A stretch of 64,000 nt of DNA from Octopus sinensis (GCF_006345805.1 NC_043000.1:59148001-59212000), one strand, 5' to 3'. Shown: positions 1 through 11,989, counted from the first letter of the stretch. Program-made: numbers and translations. The notes: a model not told the origin generated them from the letters alone.

Positions 1-866
1 TAGCGAAAAACGTGTTTCCCTATCTATCAATTGTTACATATTCAAAAGCAAAAACTACAATTGAATTAGATTTCTCTGCGATCATTCATCATAATTAGGA
101 GAATTAACCACTGATGTTAGTCTGGGAGAGAATAGAATAGCTTTGCGACGGTATTAACAGCTTTCACTTTTGTCGTTCAAGTGTCTTATATTAGCGAAGA
201 ATATATAGATAAAAAACCCCAGCTCAAATCAGTACTAGAATACAATTATAATCATTATGTAAATAATTTAGAATTGTCTTACCAAAGAGTAAACCATTCC
301 GGTATTATGAGTATAAATAGCATTGATCAATATTTCTTGTACGGAAAACCAGTAGTGAAATATTCGTTTCCGACTTTTAGTCTTTATTTCTAGATCAAAC
401 CATTTTAGTCAATACGATGAATTTTGTATTTAACTCATCTTGCTTTTCTTGGCAAGAATTATCATTAACAGTAGTGATTTTTGGGCGGACATAATGAAGT
501 CAAAACCCCATCGACAAAAGTGAATGCTCTCCCACCATAATAATTACGAGTCCTGTTGTTTCTGAGTTTTAGACTTTTCTGACTATTTTATCGCTACACT
601 ATTTGTTACTCCAATTGCATCACCCATATTGTAAAGTTGTTAACCATACAATACGCACCATAACTTGAGTTTCAAGATGCATTTCTAATAATGCTGTTTA
701 AGCTGGTAACATTTTCTAATCTTTTGCCAAAATTAAAGCTTAAATTAGAAAACATCGCGTGATTTTGTCAAATTTTACGTTATACTGGTCAAAATGGAAA
801 TTAATTTCGTTCGTTAATGAGAATTAAGCTCTGTACTCAAGAAGTTACTCCGTGGACTGTTTAGAG

Positions 867-1092
867 CAGTAGTTTTCAACTGGGGGTCCATGTAAGATTT
901 TCTGGTTAAATCTTATGTGCAATACATTGCTCATACTTCTACAATACACGAAATATTTTAATTTTTTATACATTTCCTAATAATATTTCATTATAAAAAT
1001 ACAGTAGGACTTTTTTTTTATATGCAGAATGGCTAGAAATGTAGAGTAGGAATGAAAGGGATCCATAGACAAAAAATAGTTGAGAACCACTG
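867..1092. mobile_element. hAT-like MITE
   Basis: Imperfect TIRs CAGTAGTTTTCAAC (867) and GTTGAGAACCACTG (ending 1092), similar to the termini of the MITE at 55337. The 8-bp flanks match only partly (GTTTAGAG vs GTTTCTAA). Confidence 0.6.
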
Positions 1093-1240
1093 GTTTCTAA
1101 CAGTAGTTTCTAACCATAGATCTAACCAGCATGGTGCTAAAAATGGGACGACTCTTGGGTGTAAGGACAGAAAGATACTGATACGTTCGTAGATATTGTA
1201 GGGTTTAAAGAAACCTTAGAGGAAAATGTGACTGAGTATT

Positions 1241-1405
1241 CTTTTCTGCTCTAGGCACAAGGCCCGAAATTTTTGGGGAGGGGGCCAGTCGATTAGATCG
1301 ACCCCAGTACGCAACTAGTACTTAATTTATCGACCCCGAAAGGATGAGAGGCAAAGTTGACCTCGGCAGAATTTGAACTCAGAATATAAAGACAGACGAA
1401 ATACC
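1241..1405 (-). mobile_element. tRNA-derived SINE (family S1), truncated in its head at GAAATACC by LINE A
   Basis: Core ATCGACCCCGAAAGGATG...GGCAAAGTTGACCTCGGCAGAATTTGAACTCAGAA recurs many times in the window; B-box-like GAGTTCAAATTC on the minus strand. Confidence 0.85.
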
Positions 1406-1604
1406 AATTTCTTTATTGCCCACCGGGGGCCAAACATAGAAATGGACAGAACAACTGATGGGATCAGTAAAGCGATATGATTTTACATATAATGTGACTT
1501 TAAAAATTTGAATACAATATAAAAAATCGAATGGAATTAACAATGCAAGGACAATACAAATGAAGCGATGATCAGGCCACGCTCCGACCTCACAAGCCTC
1601 CATC
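1406..1604 (-). mobile_element. Tx1/L1-like LINE A, 3' UTR and tail
   Basis: Colinear with the LINE B 3' UTR (8076-8270), e.g. ACGCTCCGACCTCAC in both. Minus-strand terminus CCCCCGGTGGGCAATAAAGAAATT. Confidence 0.8.
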
Positions 1605-1842
1605 TGTTATATAATCATCACAACAAACATGAACAATCAACGTCGCCCATTGTCTCCCTTGATAAAAGGACTTTCAGTTTGTTTCCCGCCAAAACAATTA
1701 ACTTGTACAACAACGGCAGTCGAATAAAGTATCTTGTATCGTTAACACGTTGTTTCAGTCTCTCTCATATTCTTAATCTTTCATACTAAGTACTCACTAC
1801 TTCCTTTAATACTCAATACATTATATATATATAACAACAACA
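1605..1842 (+). repeat. 5' LTR
   Basis: TGTTATATA...TATATAACAACAACA. Differs from the 3' LTR at 2 positions by manual comparison (both G in the 5' LTR, A in the 3' LTR). Confidence 0.97.
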
Positions 1843-1853
1843 TGGTGTCAGAA
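1843..1853 (+). promoter_or_regulatory. Primer-binding site TGGTGTCAGAA (probably tRNA-Leu primed)
   Basis: Directly abuts the 5' LTR and begins TGG (complement of tRNA CCA). Matches the recalled 3' end of tRNA-Leu(CAA). Confidence 0.75.
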
Positions 1854-1896
1854 TACTAAAAGAACCCAAAATACAGAAACCAAAGGAAAAAAGAAG

Positions 1897-2538
1897 TTGA
1901 AATCATACTTCAAAGACGAAATGGAAAATTTACCGCATCCAAAAGACCTAGACTTTAATCAGGAAAATCTAGCCGCAGCATGGAAAAAGTGGAAAAAAGA
2001 ATTCAATCTCTTTTTGATAGCAACAGAAAGTGACATGAAGCCAGACAAAGTAAAAACTTCAATGTTTTTAACTTGCATCGGTTCTAAAGGCCGAGATATC
2101 CATTCCACACTGGATTTCGATTCACCCGACGAAGAAATGAACCTTCAGACAGTAATCGAAAAATTCGATGCATATTGTGAACCCAGGAAAAACATAACTT
2201 TCCTAAGACACAAATTCTTCACATGTGGACAAGCGGAACATCAAAAATTCGATGAGTACGTAGTAGAGTTGCGCCAAAAGGCACAACAGTGCGAATTCGG
2301 CAACCTCACAGACAGTCTCACCAAAGATATTCTGATATGTGGAATCAGAGACATGAGATTAAGAGAAAGATTATTGAGAGAACCAAATTTAGACCTACAA
2401 AAAACAATTCAAGCAGGTCAGAGTGCAGAGCAAACACGACTCCAATCAAGGATGCTAAATGCCACATCCGAAACAAGAGATAACGAAATCTCGAGGGTAT
2501 ATAGTCAACACGACAGAAAAGCGCCAAAACTCAAATAA
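1897..2538 (+). CDS. gag: Gypsy Gag, capsid-like N-terminal part (first ATG at 1921)
   Basis: WKKWKKEFNLFL...FLTCIG, FDAYCEPRKN...ERH-like LRHKFFT, and KDILICGIRD..LRERLLRE motifs typical of Mag/K02A2.6-type Gag. Confidence 0.85.
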   Translation: MKSYFKDEMENLPHPKDLDFNQENLAAAWKKWKKEFNLFLIATESDMKPDKVKTSMFLTCIGSKGRDIHSTLDFDSPDEEMNLQTVIEKFDAYCEPRKNITFLRHKFFTCGQAEHQKFDEYVVELRQKAQQCEFGNLTDSLTKDILICGIRDMRLRERLLREPNLDLQKTIQAGQSAEQTRLQSRMLNATSETRDNEISRVYSQHDRKAPKLK

Positions 2539-2546
2539 CCCGCCAT

Positions 2547-4619
2547 ATGCAATCCAGACATCAAAACGAACAAGGCGGAAGTGACAGAAAGCCCGCGAAG
2601 TTTCAAGCGCCAAGTCAACACTACGTCACTAACTGTCACTATTGTGGTTATAATCACAAAAGAAATAAATGCCCAGCATTTCACAAGACATGTGAAAAAT
2701 GCAAGAAACAAGGACACTATGCAAAAATGTGCAAATCAAGAAAATTTGTACATAAAGTAGAGATACATACCGACGATGAATCAGATGACGATACACATGT
2801 ACTCGAAATGATCACTGCAAATAATTCCCGCGTGCACAAAATCGAAAAGTTCAAGACTCCAAAAGACATTTGGACGGTCGAACTAAAAGTGAACAACTCG
2901 AATGTAACATTCAAAATAGATACAGGAGCAGACGTAACCGTACTGCCATTCAGAGAATATAGAAATATAATTCCAAAACCACAACTGCAAAAAACTTCAA
3001 CTCGATTATCAGCTTATAATAACACAGCTATAAAAGTGCTAGGAAAATGCACAGCAGTCATTAAATACAAAGAATTATCAAAGCAAATAAAATTCATTGT
3101 TGCAAAAACAAACTCGCACGCAGTTATAGATGCAAAGACAGCTAAAGATCTGAACCTAATTCAGAGAAATTCAAAAATAAATTCGTCGAACACAAACGAC
3201 ATATTAGAAAAATATGAAGACTGTTTCGGAGAAATCGGCACTTTGTCAATAACACATCATATCACAGTGGATCCACAAATAACTCCTGTAATTCATCCAC
3301 CAAGATCGGTTCCTTTTTCTATAAAAGAAAAACTCAACAAAGAATTAAAAAGAATGACAGAATTAGATATCATAAAACCTGTTAGTGAACCTACAGACTG
3401 GGTAAATTCCCTAGTCATCGTTGAAAAAGCCAACGGAAAACTCCGACTCTGTTTAGACCCCAAGAATCTAAACAAAGCCATAAAAAGGCAACATTTCAAA
3501 CTCCCTACAGCGGAGGACATTTTTGCACAAATGCATAACCCTAAATATTTTTCAAAACTCGATGCATCTAATGGATACTGGCAAATTCCAGTTGACGAAG
3601 AAAGCTCCCATCTTTTAACGTTCAACACACCTTTTGGAAGGTATCGCTTCACACGACGACCCCTTGGAATTCACAGCGCCAGTGAAGTTTTCCAAAAAGA
3701 AATTTCAAAAATAATAGAGGGCATAGAAGGAGCAAGAAATTCACAGGATGACATCATAATCTGGTCCAACACTTTAGAAGAACACACAAATAGACTACAA
3801 CAAGTTTTCGATCGAATCCGAAAGCACGGATTAAAGTTAAATAAATCAAAGTGTATCTTCTATGAATCACAAATCAAGTACCTTGGGCATATATTAACCA
3901 GCGAAGGGATAAAACAAGATCCAACCAAAGTACAAGCAATCATTCACATGCCACTGCCAACAAGTAAAAAAGAATTACAAAGATTCCTAGGTATGACAAA
4001 TTACCTATGTAAATTTTTATCTAATTACTCCGAAGTCACAGCACCATTGCGCCAGCTTCTACAGAGTGACACGTTATGGTCATTCGACAAACCACAAATC
4101 GAAGCAATAAAAAAGCTAAAAGAAATGATTACCAGAAAACCAGTGCTACAATTTTATGATCCAGATCTACCAATAAAAATAACTACAGATGCTAGTAAGC
4201 ATGGGCTCGGAGCGATACTTGAGCAGAAACACAACGAAAGATGGCTACCTGTTTCGTTTGCATCTCGTGCAACAACTCAAGCGGAACAAAACTACTGTCC
4301 GATAGAGAGCGAAGCTCTCAGTATAGTTTTCGCATGCAAGAAATTTCATCAGTTTATATACGGAACTCATTTCAGAATCGAAAATGACCATAAACCGTTG
4401 AAGCAAATATTCAAAAAATCGATCACTAAATGCCCCCCCAGAATCCAAAGATTTCTACTAACATTACAAAGATATGATTTTGACCTAAACCACATACCTG
4501 GTAAAGAATCAATTGTTGCAGATACCCTATCACGTGCATACCTTGAGCAAAATACTCCAGAAGTATCAGACGAAGATATGAAATCGCACATTCATGCAGT
4601 AATAAAAATTACCCCATAA
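2547..4619 (+). CDS. pol: Gypsy nucleocapsid knuckles, aspartic protease, reverse transcriptase and RNase H
   Basis: CEKCKKQGHYAKMC knuckle; FKIDTGADV protease; KLRLCLDP, KLDASNGYWQI and SQDD RT motifs; TDASKHGLGA and ENDHKPL RNase H motifs. Confidence 0.95.
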   Translation: MQSRHQNEQGGSDRKPAKFQAPSQHYVTNCHYCGYNHKRNKCPAFHKTCEKCKKQGHYAKMCKSRKFVHKVEIHTDDESDDDTHVLEMITANNSRVHKIEKFKTPKDIWTVELKVNNSNVTFKIDTGADVTVLPFREYRNIIPKPQLQKTSTRLSAYNNTAIKVLGKCTAVIKYKELSKQIKFIVAKTNSHAVIDAKTAKDLNLIQRNSKINSSNTNDILEKYEDCFGEIGTLSITHHITVDPQITPVIHPPRSVPFSIKEKLNKELKRMTELDIIKPVSEPTDWVNSLVIVEKANGKLRLCLDPKNLNKAIKRQHFKLPTAEDIFAQMHNPKYFSKLDASNGYWQIPVDEESSHLLTFNTPFGRYRFTRRPLGIHSASEVFQKEISKIIEGIEGARNSQDDIIIWSNTLEEHTNRLQQVFDRIRKHGLKLNKSKCIFYESQIKYLGHILTSEGIKQDPTKVQAIIHMPLPTSKKELQRFLGMTNYLCKFLSNYSEVTAPLRQLLQSDTLWSFDKPQIEAIKKLKEMITRKPVLQFYDPDLPIKITTDASKHGLGAILEQKHNERWLPVSFASRATTQAEQNYCPIESEALSIVFACKKFHQFIYGTHFRIENDHKPLKQIFKKSITKCPPRIQRFLLTLQRYDFDLNHIPGKESIVADTLSRAYLEQNTPEVSDEDMKSHIHAVIKITP

Positions 4620-5852
4620 CCGACACTAAATTAAAAGAGTATAAAGAAGCCACTGCAGACGACCCGTCTCTACAGACACTCGTCACATTTACAAGAACAG
4701 AATGGCCCCCAAAAGACAAAATACCAATAAACATCAAACCATTCGTATCTGTTCGTGATGAAATATCAATCGTCAATGGTCTCGTTCTAAAAGGTTCAAG
4801 AATAATTGTACCTAAGTCATTACGTAGAGAAGCTCTACAGGAAATACATACCGGACACATGGGTATCGAAAAATGCATAGAGAGAGCGAAGGAATGTATA
4901 TACTGGCCCGGCATTAACGCTCAAATCAAAGACATGATTAACACATGCTCATACTGCATTGACTACAAAAATCAACAAGCAGCCGAACCACTAATAAATC
5001 ATGAAATACCTACTACACCATGGACCAAAGTGGGTACAGACGTATTTCACCTGTCTGGAAATTCGTATGTCACAATTATTGACTATACAACAAGATTTTT
5101 TGATCTACACGAAATAAATGATTGCCAGTCAAAAACCGTAATCAAAAAATTAAAAGAAACTTTTGCTAAATTCGGAATTCCGCAAACAGTTGTAAGTGAC
5201 AACGGTCCAGAATTCAATTCGGCTGAATTCAAAAAATTTGCATTTTCATCACACGAAGACAAGCCCGCATTATCATCAAGCGAATGGCATGGTTGAGAGA
5301 AATATACAGACAATAAAAAAGACGCAAAAAAAGGCATTCAAAAGTGACGAAGAACCTCAGTTAGCGCTCTTAGCATTACGCACGACTAAATTACAAAATG
5401 GTGCACCATCCCCTGCAAATCAAATAATGAATAGAACATTGCGAACAAATCTCCCAAACATACTACACGGCAAAATTGGTATCAGGCCTCACGAAAAGAA
5501 GAAATCAAACATTACAACAGAACTCCCAGAGTTAAAACCACACGACACGGTTAGAATTAAGTTTAACAACAATTGGTTTAGAAGGGGCAAAATAATTAAA
5601 AAACTAGAGCAACCTCGTTCATACTTAGTAATAACAGAGGAAGGTAATACAGTCAAACGAAATAGACAACATATTCTTAAAACAAACGAACACGTTCGCA
5701 TAACAGAAGAATTAGATTATGAAAATATATTTCCTAAGTCAACAAACACGCATGAAAAAACAAAAACAGCACAACTACAGAATTCAACACTACAAAATAA
5801 TAAAACCACAAAAAGTGGACGACGAATAATTATTCCCTGTAGATACAGATGA
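4620..5852 (+). pseudogene. Gypsy integrase region split by frameshifts near 4615 and 5245
   Basis: HTGHMG...YWPG...CSYC (HHCC zinc motif), GTDVF, VSDNGPEF and NGMVERNIQT (DDE) spread over ORFs 4859-5296 and 5196-5852. Confidence 0.9.
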
Positions 5853-5874
5853 TAATAAAAAAAAAAATAAATAT

Positions 5875-5889
5875 AAAAAAAAAGGAAGA
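5875..5889 (+). promoter_or_regulatory. Polypurine tract
   Basis: AAAAAAAAAGGAAGA immediately before the 3' LTR. Confidence 0.85.
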
Positions 5890-6127
5890 TGTTATATAAT
5901 CATCACAACAAACATGAACAATCAACGTCGCCCATTATCTCCCTTGATAAAAGGACTTTCAGTTTGTTTCCCGCCAAAACAATTAACTTGTACAACAACG
6001 GCAGTCAAATAAAGTATCTTGTATCGTTAACACGTTGTTTCAGTCTCTCTCATATTCTTAATCTTTCATACTAAGTACTCACTACTTCCTTTAATACTCA
6101 ATACATTATATATATATAACAACAACA
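5890..6127 (+). repeat. 3' LTR
   Basis: Direct repeat of 1605-1842, followed by the TSD CATC. Confidence 0.97.
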
Positions 6128-6131
6128 CATC

Positions 6132-6750
6132 TACCGCTGGTACCTTTTTTCTTCTTTTTTTTCTGTCTATTCACACGGTTCCTTGCAAGCACAACACTTG
6201 TGCAACATGCTTCCATCTCCTTTGGAACGTACACTCCGACAGACATCTCTTCTCCAGCCACAGCTTCCTTTTCAAATGAAAAGAAAAAAATGATCGTAAA
6301 TTGTGGCCAGAGATAAAGTTGCCTGTCTTAATTCCTTTTATCCTAGTCTTCCATACTGCCTCTTTTGATATTGCTACAACCGTGAGAAAACAATTCTTAC
6401 CTTCATTCGTTAAAACTCCCGGTGTCAATTTTTATAATTGACTCAGTCTACAGCTGTACTCTTCCTTCGCCGGACAACAGGTGTTCAGCATAAGCCCACA
6501 TTTCAGTTATCTTGGGACACTGAACAATAGCGTGAGGGACGGTTTCCCTGTCCCCACTCCGTATCTTGGACAGGTCGGCGACTGGCGCTTACCGTGTCTT
6601 GCGAGCTTATCCCAAATGGGCAAGGCACATCTGTAGCATTGCCAGGTTGAGGACTTTTGGAAATTGTCCAACGTTCTCAACCCGAATGTACGGTGAAACA
6701 GGCTATCCAGTTGAATAAACCCGAGTCCTAGAGTCGCCCCCAGGCCATCG
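6132..6750 (-). pseudogene. Tx1/L1-like LINE A, ORF2 C-terminal fragment (continuation of 1406-1604), 5'-truncated
   Basis: Aligns with LINE B 8270-8880 (e.g. TAATTGACTCAG..ACAGCTGTACTCTT). Removing the gypsy element restores CCTCCATCTACCGCTGGTACC, which is colinear with B CCCCAATCTCCTACTGGAATC. Confidence 0.8.
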
Positions 6751-6899
6751 TCGCATTCAGACTACCAACCCACTATCAAGTCACTGATACTGGATGTATG
6801 TTTTAATGGTTCATTCTTCATAGAGGAAAGCCTAAATATTTCCGACATTTTGTTTATCTCGTTTCCTGGTAAGTAAGAAGTCTATTTTGCTAGAATGTT

Positions 6900-7140
6900 A
6901 ACCTGAATGGTAGGCGTTGAGGAGGCTGGCCGGTTTCATGAAGTTAGTGTTGCGTTCGGTAATTTGCATTACAGGACATTAAGAGCCTTGATCCTTCTTC
7001 ATTACATGTACCATAACTATGACTTCCATATACATCAGAATAGGCAGGATGGTGTTGTTCAACATGTCTATTAAAGACACCAACCATGTTAACGAAGTTA
7101 TTGTCATCTGTTTTTGAGGTAGTCTGCAAGAAGGTTCCAT
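6900..7140 (-). pseudogene. RTE-like LINE endonuclease fragment
   Basis: GVFNRHVE...YGSHSYGTCNEEGSRLL resembles the APE motif GDFNGHVG...YG.G..NEEG.RLL. Confidence 0.5.
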
Positions 7141-8057
7141 AGAAGCGATCCTTTTGCTAATCTCTTGATTTCAGTGCATATGCAGAGATCATCACTGCTG
7201 ATGTTTGTCTACGACTAATCTAAGCTTAGTTATTCAGTCACATACGACTACCACAATTACTTTAGTAATTTCTCAGCCCAAAATATGCCTATTTCACCAA
7301 CTCTAGTGCTGTTATCCACTCAGAAGAATTTGTACCAGTGTTCCTTGTCTATGGAGAATCTGATTGAGGTTCCCTCCATCTTGTTTCTTGTGCACAACAT
7401 GCACCTAGTCACTTCTGCTCAAGAATCTCTACAACCTCTCTAGACTTATTTTTCATTGTGTTAATAAAGATAGTCGTCTTGAAGCTTTTCACTGAAGAAT
7501 AAGAGGAAGTTTGTCTTGCGGTATTTGGGTTCGTAACAGAGTGACCAGCTATTGAAATTGACAGCTATATAGCTGTTAAGTATATGAAGGCAGAGAGAGA
7601 GCAACCGAACCGTCAGGGATAGTCGATGAGATGCTGAAAGTTATAGAGCAAAATAGGACATCACTCAATATAGCTACTACAATTAGGTACTACAAGGTTT
7701 TTTTTTCATCAAGGCGAGCTATGAAGATCCTGCTGTTTTCATAGGAAAATTAATATATAACCAATGACGACCCAAGCTCAATTATCAAATGATGGTGAAC
7801 AACAACCAGCAGAATTTGTAATGTTTGTTGCTTTGATTCCGTATACCACTTTACGAAGGAATAAAGCTGGTTTCTTTTGTTACTTCTACGAATGAACATG
7901 CAAAATATATTATACAATGATATACATGTTTTTTTAGTAAAACCAAGGGTGACTTTAACCAATGTAAAACTCTGTTCTTCATAGTCGACGGTTTTTTAAA
8001 ACTTGGGGTCGAGTAGCAGCCAAGAAACCAGTCTTCTTTCGGACTTGTTAGACTGTG

Positions 8058-8075
8058 TCACCTATGGGCACCTCT
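8058..8075. repeat. Array-delimiting motif TCACCTATGGGCACCTCT, copy 1 (21 bp including GTG at 8055)
   Basis: Recurs at 12249-12266 (one mismatch) and 13918-13935, each time exactly at an element boundary. Confidence 0.9.
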
Positions 8076-8309
8076 ATATTTCTTTATTACCCACAAGGGG
8101 CGGAATACAGAGTGGGACAATACAGCCTGATTGGGGTCAGACACAATGATTATATAACTTTTAAAAATTTACATGATATAATGAAATCGAATGAAATACA
8201 ACAAGGACAAAATACAAACATGAAATGAAGCAGAGAGATGGGTTACGCTCCGACCTCACGAGCCCCAATCTCCTACTGGAATCTTTGTATACAGGCTTAT
8301 GACATGTTC

Positions 8310-10790
8310 ACGAGGAATCTTTCATTCCTAGCACCCTCGTAACATGCAACCATCTTTCTTTGAATATTTTCTCTGGCAGGCATCTTCTCTCCAGCCTCAC
8401 CTTCCTTTTAAGGTGGAAGATAAAAAATCTCACCAACCCGAGACCGGAAATGAAGTCGCCTGTCGCCAAACCTTTCATTCGCGTCTTCTATACCACCTCT
8501 TTCGCAATTGCTACTACTGTGACAAAACAATGCTTACCTTCTTTCGCGAGGAAATCCGGCGGTTCACTTTTTACAATTGACTCAGACGACAGCTGTACTC
8601 TTCTCGAACCTGACAGCAGATGTTCTGCATAAGCCCACACTGCAGACATTCCCGGAAACTGAACAATAGCGTGCAGGACAGTTTCCCTATCCTGCCCGCG
8701 TCTTGGACAGTCCGTAAGTCTAGATTGACCGTGTCGTGCGAGCTTATCCCGAACGTGTAAAGCTCCTCGGTAACATTTCCAGGCCAGGGATTTTTGGAAA
8801 TTATCCAAACACCCCGGCCCGAACGTCCCTCAGAACAGACTGTCTAACTGGTTATCTCCGAGACCTAGTGTATTCCCAGCCTCTACCAACCTGCTATAGA
8901 AAGATGTGATGGTACCAAAACCGCTGGCATTACCCGAGCGACGGAACAGTAGGAGTGTTTTACGGCACTCCGTAAACCATGTACGGACACCAGGTACCGA
9001 TGGTCAACCCTATCTAATGCTTTTGACTGGTCTAAATGGACCAAAGCCCCACCTTTGCCAGGATCACTACCAAACTCTTCTAAGGTATAGCATATATGAT
9101 GGAGATTGTCCTGAATGCTTCTGCCGGGGACGGCACAGGTTTGTACCTTGCCGATCTGGACATTCGCAATCCGCGCCAATCTTTTTGCTCGTACCTTGGC
9201 CAAAATCTTCAACTCTGCGTTTAACAGAGTGAAGGCCTAAAGTTGTCTATCTTATCCCCCTCGTCTGGGCCCTTCCTGACCAGAGTTATCACTCCCCGGC
9301 GTACAGATTTGGGGATCAACCCATTCTGCTGCCAGTTCGCGTAAACACCGGCCACAATTTGCCCAAACAAGTCTGGCATACTTTTGTACAGTTCGTATGG
9401 AAAACCATCAAGTCCCGGAACCCTACCAACTTTGCAATCAGCTATAGCCTCTCTCACCTTCTCAGGTGTGATCGACCCTTCACAGCACTCAGCATCCTGC
9501 CCCGAGAGACGCAGCAGCCCGGTAAGGAAGTCCGAAAGGTCCAACCTACTATCCGGTCCATCGCCCTCCCGAAAAGCTGTGCAAAGTGCTCCTGAAAAGC
9601 ATGACATCTCATCGGGCTCGTTCACAATCTCGCCTTGTAGGTTCTCCACAGATCGAATTGTGGAATCATTTCCACGTTGGGTTTCCACCATCTGGGCCCA
9701 TCCATCGGCATTGATCCCCTCACTCCCCAATGCATGAAGTCTGGCCCTGATAATGCATCCCATGTGTTTGACCTCGAGGTGCTGGTTTAATTCCAGTCTC
9801 TTAGCCTTCACCCGAGCAGCACTACCAATCAACACGGCTTCCTCTAATTCCTTAACTAGTTTTAGTTCCCTCTTACGCTCTCTAGTCACTAAACCTATGC
9901 TATATCTAACAGACTCAAATTTAATGGCTCTTTTGAGGGCGTACCACCATTTATTATTAATGATGGTACCTGTTAAAGCTCTCTGTATCAATAACTTAAT
10001 CCGGCTCCTGTACTTTTCAATCGCCAAAAGGGACTTATTGAGTCTCCAGTAACCGGATCCTCTATTCTGTAACTTATCTAGGTTCAGCTTACAAGTGACC
10101 AATTTATGATCATTGTAGCTGACCAAGTGGAACTGTAGACACTTAGCTATGGATTTATTTCTCTAATTAGAATCCTATCTATATAGGACTTAAAAGACTC
10201 GTCACCTCTTAACCATGTCCACACTGGGGTGTTCGGGAATTCAAGTCTGTATGGATCTACTAGCTGAAAGTGACATGGTAGATCCCGGAAGCCGGCATTC
10301 GGTACCCTATTTGAGTTCGAGCCAACATTATCTACGCGCTCATCGTGATTAGTGTTAAAGCCCCATAACAAAACTAATGAGTACGACGTAACAAGAAACT
10401 TCTCTAGGTTTCGGAAATACTCAGATTGACCATTATTGGAGGCGTAAATTGCCACCAGTCTGATTTTCTTACCGCAACTGAAAGTCAGGTCTAAGACGAC
10501 CAGCCTACCTTCTGGGTCAGAAAAAATTGACTTCTCTGAAACCCGGTTTCTTTTTAGTAGGACCAATACCCACCCCACTCTCCGGCGGACCTGGAGAAAT
10601 AAATTTCTCGTATTCGCTCAGGAGTGGGAGCAGACCGCTTGATCCCTTTAACTGGGTTTCAGTAGCAACAATGACATCCAAATTATGTGACCTGACGTCG
10701 TTTAAGAAGCGACCTTGCTTCCATCCCGCGGTCAGGCCACGCACATTTAAACATCCAACGTGAACTGCTATAAGCCTTACCTTAATTTAC
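8310..10790 (-). pseudogene. LINE B ORF2 (endonuclease, partial RT, C-terminal domain), frameshifted
   Basis: Fragments 10517-10744, 10147-10578, 9221-10126, 8883-9212 and 8488-8808 occur in L1/Tx1 ORF2 order; no YADD segment is present. Confidence 0.85.
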
Positions 10791-11124
10791 TGTGTCTTCG
10801 TTAAAAGGCGAAGGGTGGGGTGTTAAGTAAGCCATCGTACAGTTGGTCTGAAATATCCCACCTCATCGGGCCAACATCGTCCCGATAGTCATTTTTTAGA
10901 ACGTTGTAAGACGTTCTGTCCACGTAATATATTTCGAACCCGTCTTTTACGTTTTTGTATTCAGTTCTTTTAATTTTTTTTGTTACATTTTATTCGGCTC
11001 ATTAACCTCGAGTTTGAGGTTCGAATACAGTACTTCTTTTTCTCTTGTTTTTGATCTTTTTGCTTTTTCATGCTTTCTTTGATTTCATATTTCTTTTAAT
11101 CTTCCTTTTGCTACCAGCTATCTC

Positions 11125-11989
11125 TCACTCCGTCTCTTCTTTATTTTCGCTCTGATTTTCTTCTTGTGTGTTTTCTTCCTCTATTTTTCCGTTTTCTGTA
11201 GTTTCGTCTTCCGAATCATCTTCGATGTTATTTTCTTTGTTCTCTTTTTCTTTTTCTTCTCCACTCTTGCATTCGGACCTAACATGGCTCTTCTTTCCAC
11301 ATTTAAAACATCTGGGTTTTCTACCCTCCACCATGACGACTAGCATTGTATCCATTATGACTATGACCTCTGGAATTTTTTCTAGGGTCATAGGTTCCGC
11401 TTGGATTAACATTTTTATTGTCTGGCCAAGCCAGACTTTGTCTTCTGTAACTTCCGCGGAAAGAAGTTTGATTTCTTCCTCCAAGTTGTACAGTACTGCC
11501 GCTACTAGCCACTCGGCGTTTATTTCTGGTGGTACACAGCTTATCTTTATTCTGGAGGTTCTCCTCCCCATATAAATAGCCAACAGTACCACCTCAACTG
11601 TTCGCAGCGGCTCCACAGAATATTTTTGTGCCTGTTCCACTGTCGACATTCTCACTTCAGCGGTTGCATATCTTTTTCCTTTGGCCAAATATTTGATGTC
11701 TTTCCATATAGGCCTTAAACATTTTTCTACGTTTTTGTCATTTACATAGTCAATTTTTTTTTTCAACGTTATACGTTTTGAAAACTATAGTCCTTTCGAG
11801 TGCATCTTTAATGATGCTATGAGGAGGGACCACCTTTATTTCGTTCCTTTCTTTCGTTAATAGCTCCAGGTGTGCCTTCAAATTGGTTGTATCAGTTTTC
11901 CTTGAGTTTCCTCCGGCGGCAGCCGCAAAGCTCCTTATTGGTTCCTCCCCAGTTGCAAGGCTGGGTTCATTAATATTCCTTCTGCTCAC
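11125..11989 (-). pseudogene. LINE B ORF1 (gag-like, CCHC zinc knuckle)
   Basis: ORFs 11750-11989 and 11125-11766 join across a T10 run (11754-11763); CFKCGKKSHVRSEC followed by an acidic tail. Confidence 0.85.

Larger units (their letters stand above)
1605..6127 (+). mobile_element. Ty3/gypsy LTR retrotransposon, full-length and young, with frameshifts
   Basis: Two 238-bp TG...CA LTRs, 4-bp TSD CATC (1601-1604 and 6128-6131), PBS, PPT, and gag-PR-RT-RH-IN domain order. Confidence 0.97.

Noticed and set aside
2505-2547. Programmed -1 frameshift between gag and pol
   Set aside because: The break falls before the nucleocapsid knuckles, no clear slippery heptamer is present, and two other mutational frameshifts exist in the same copy.
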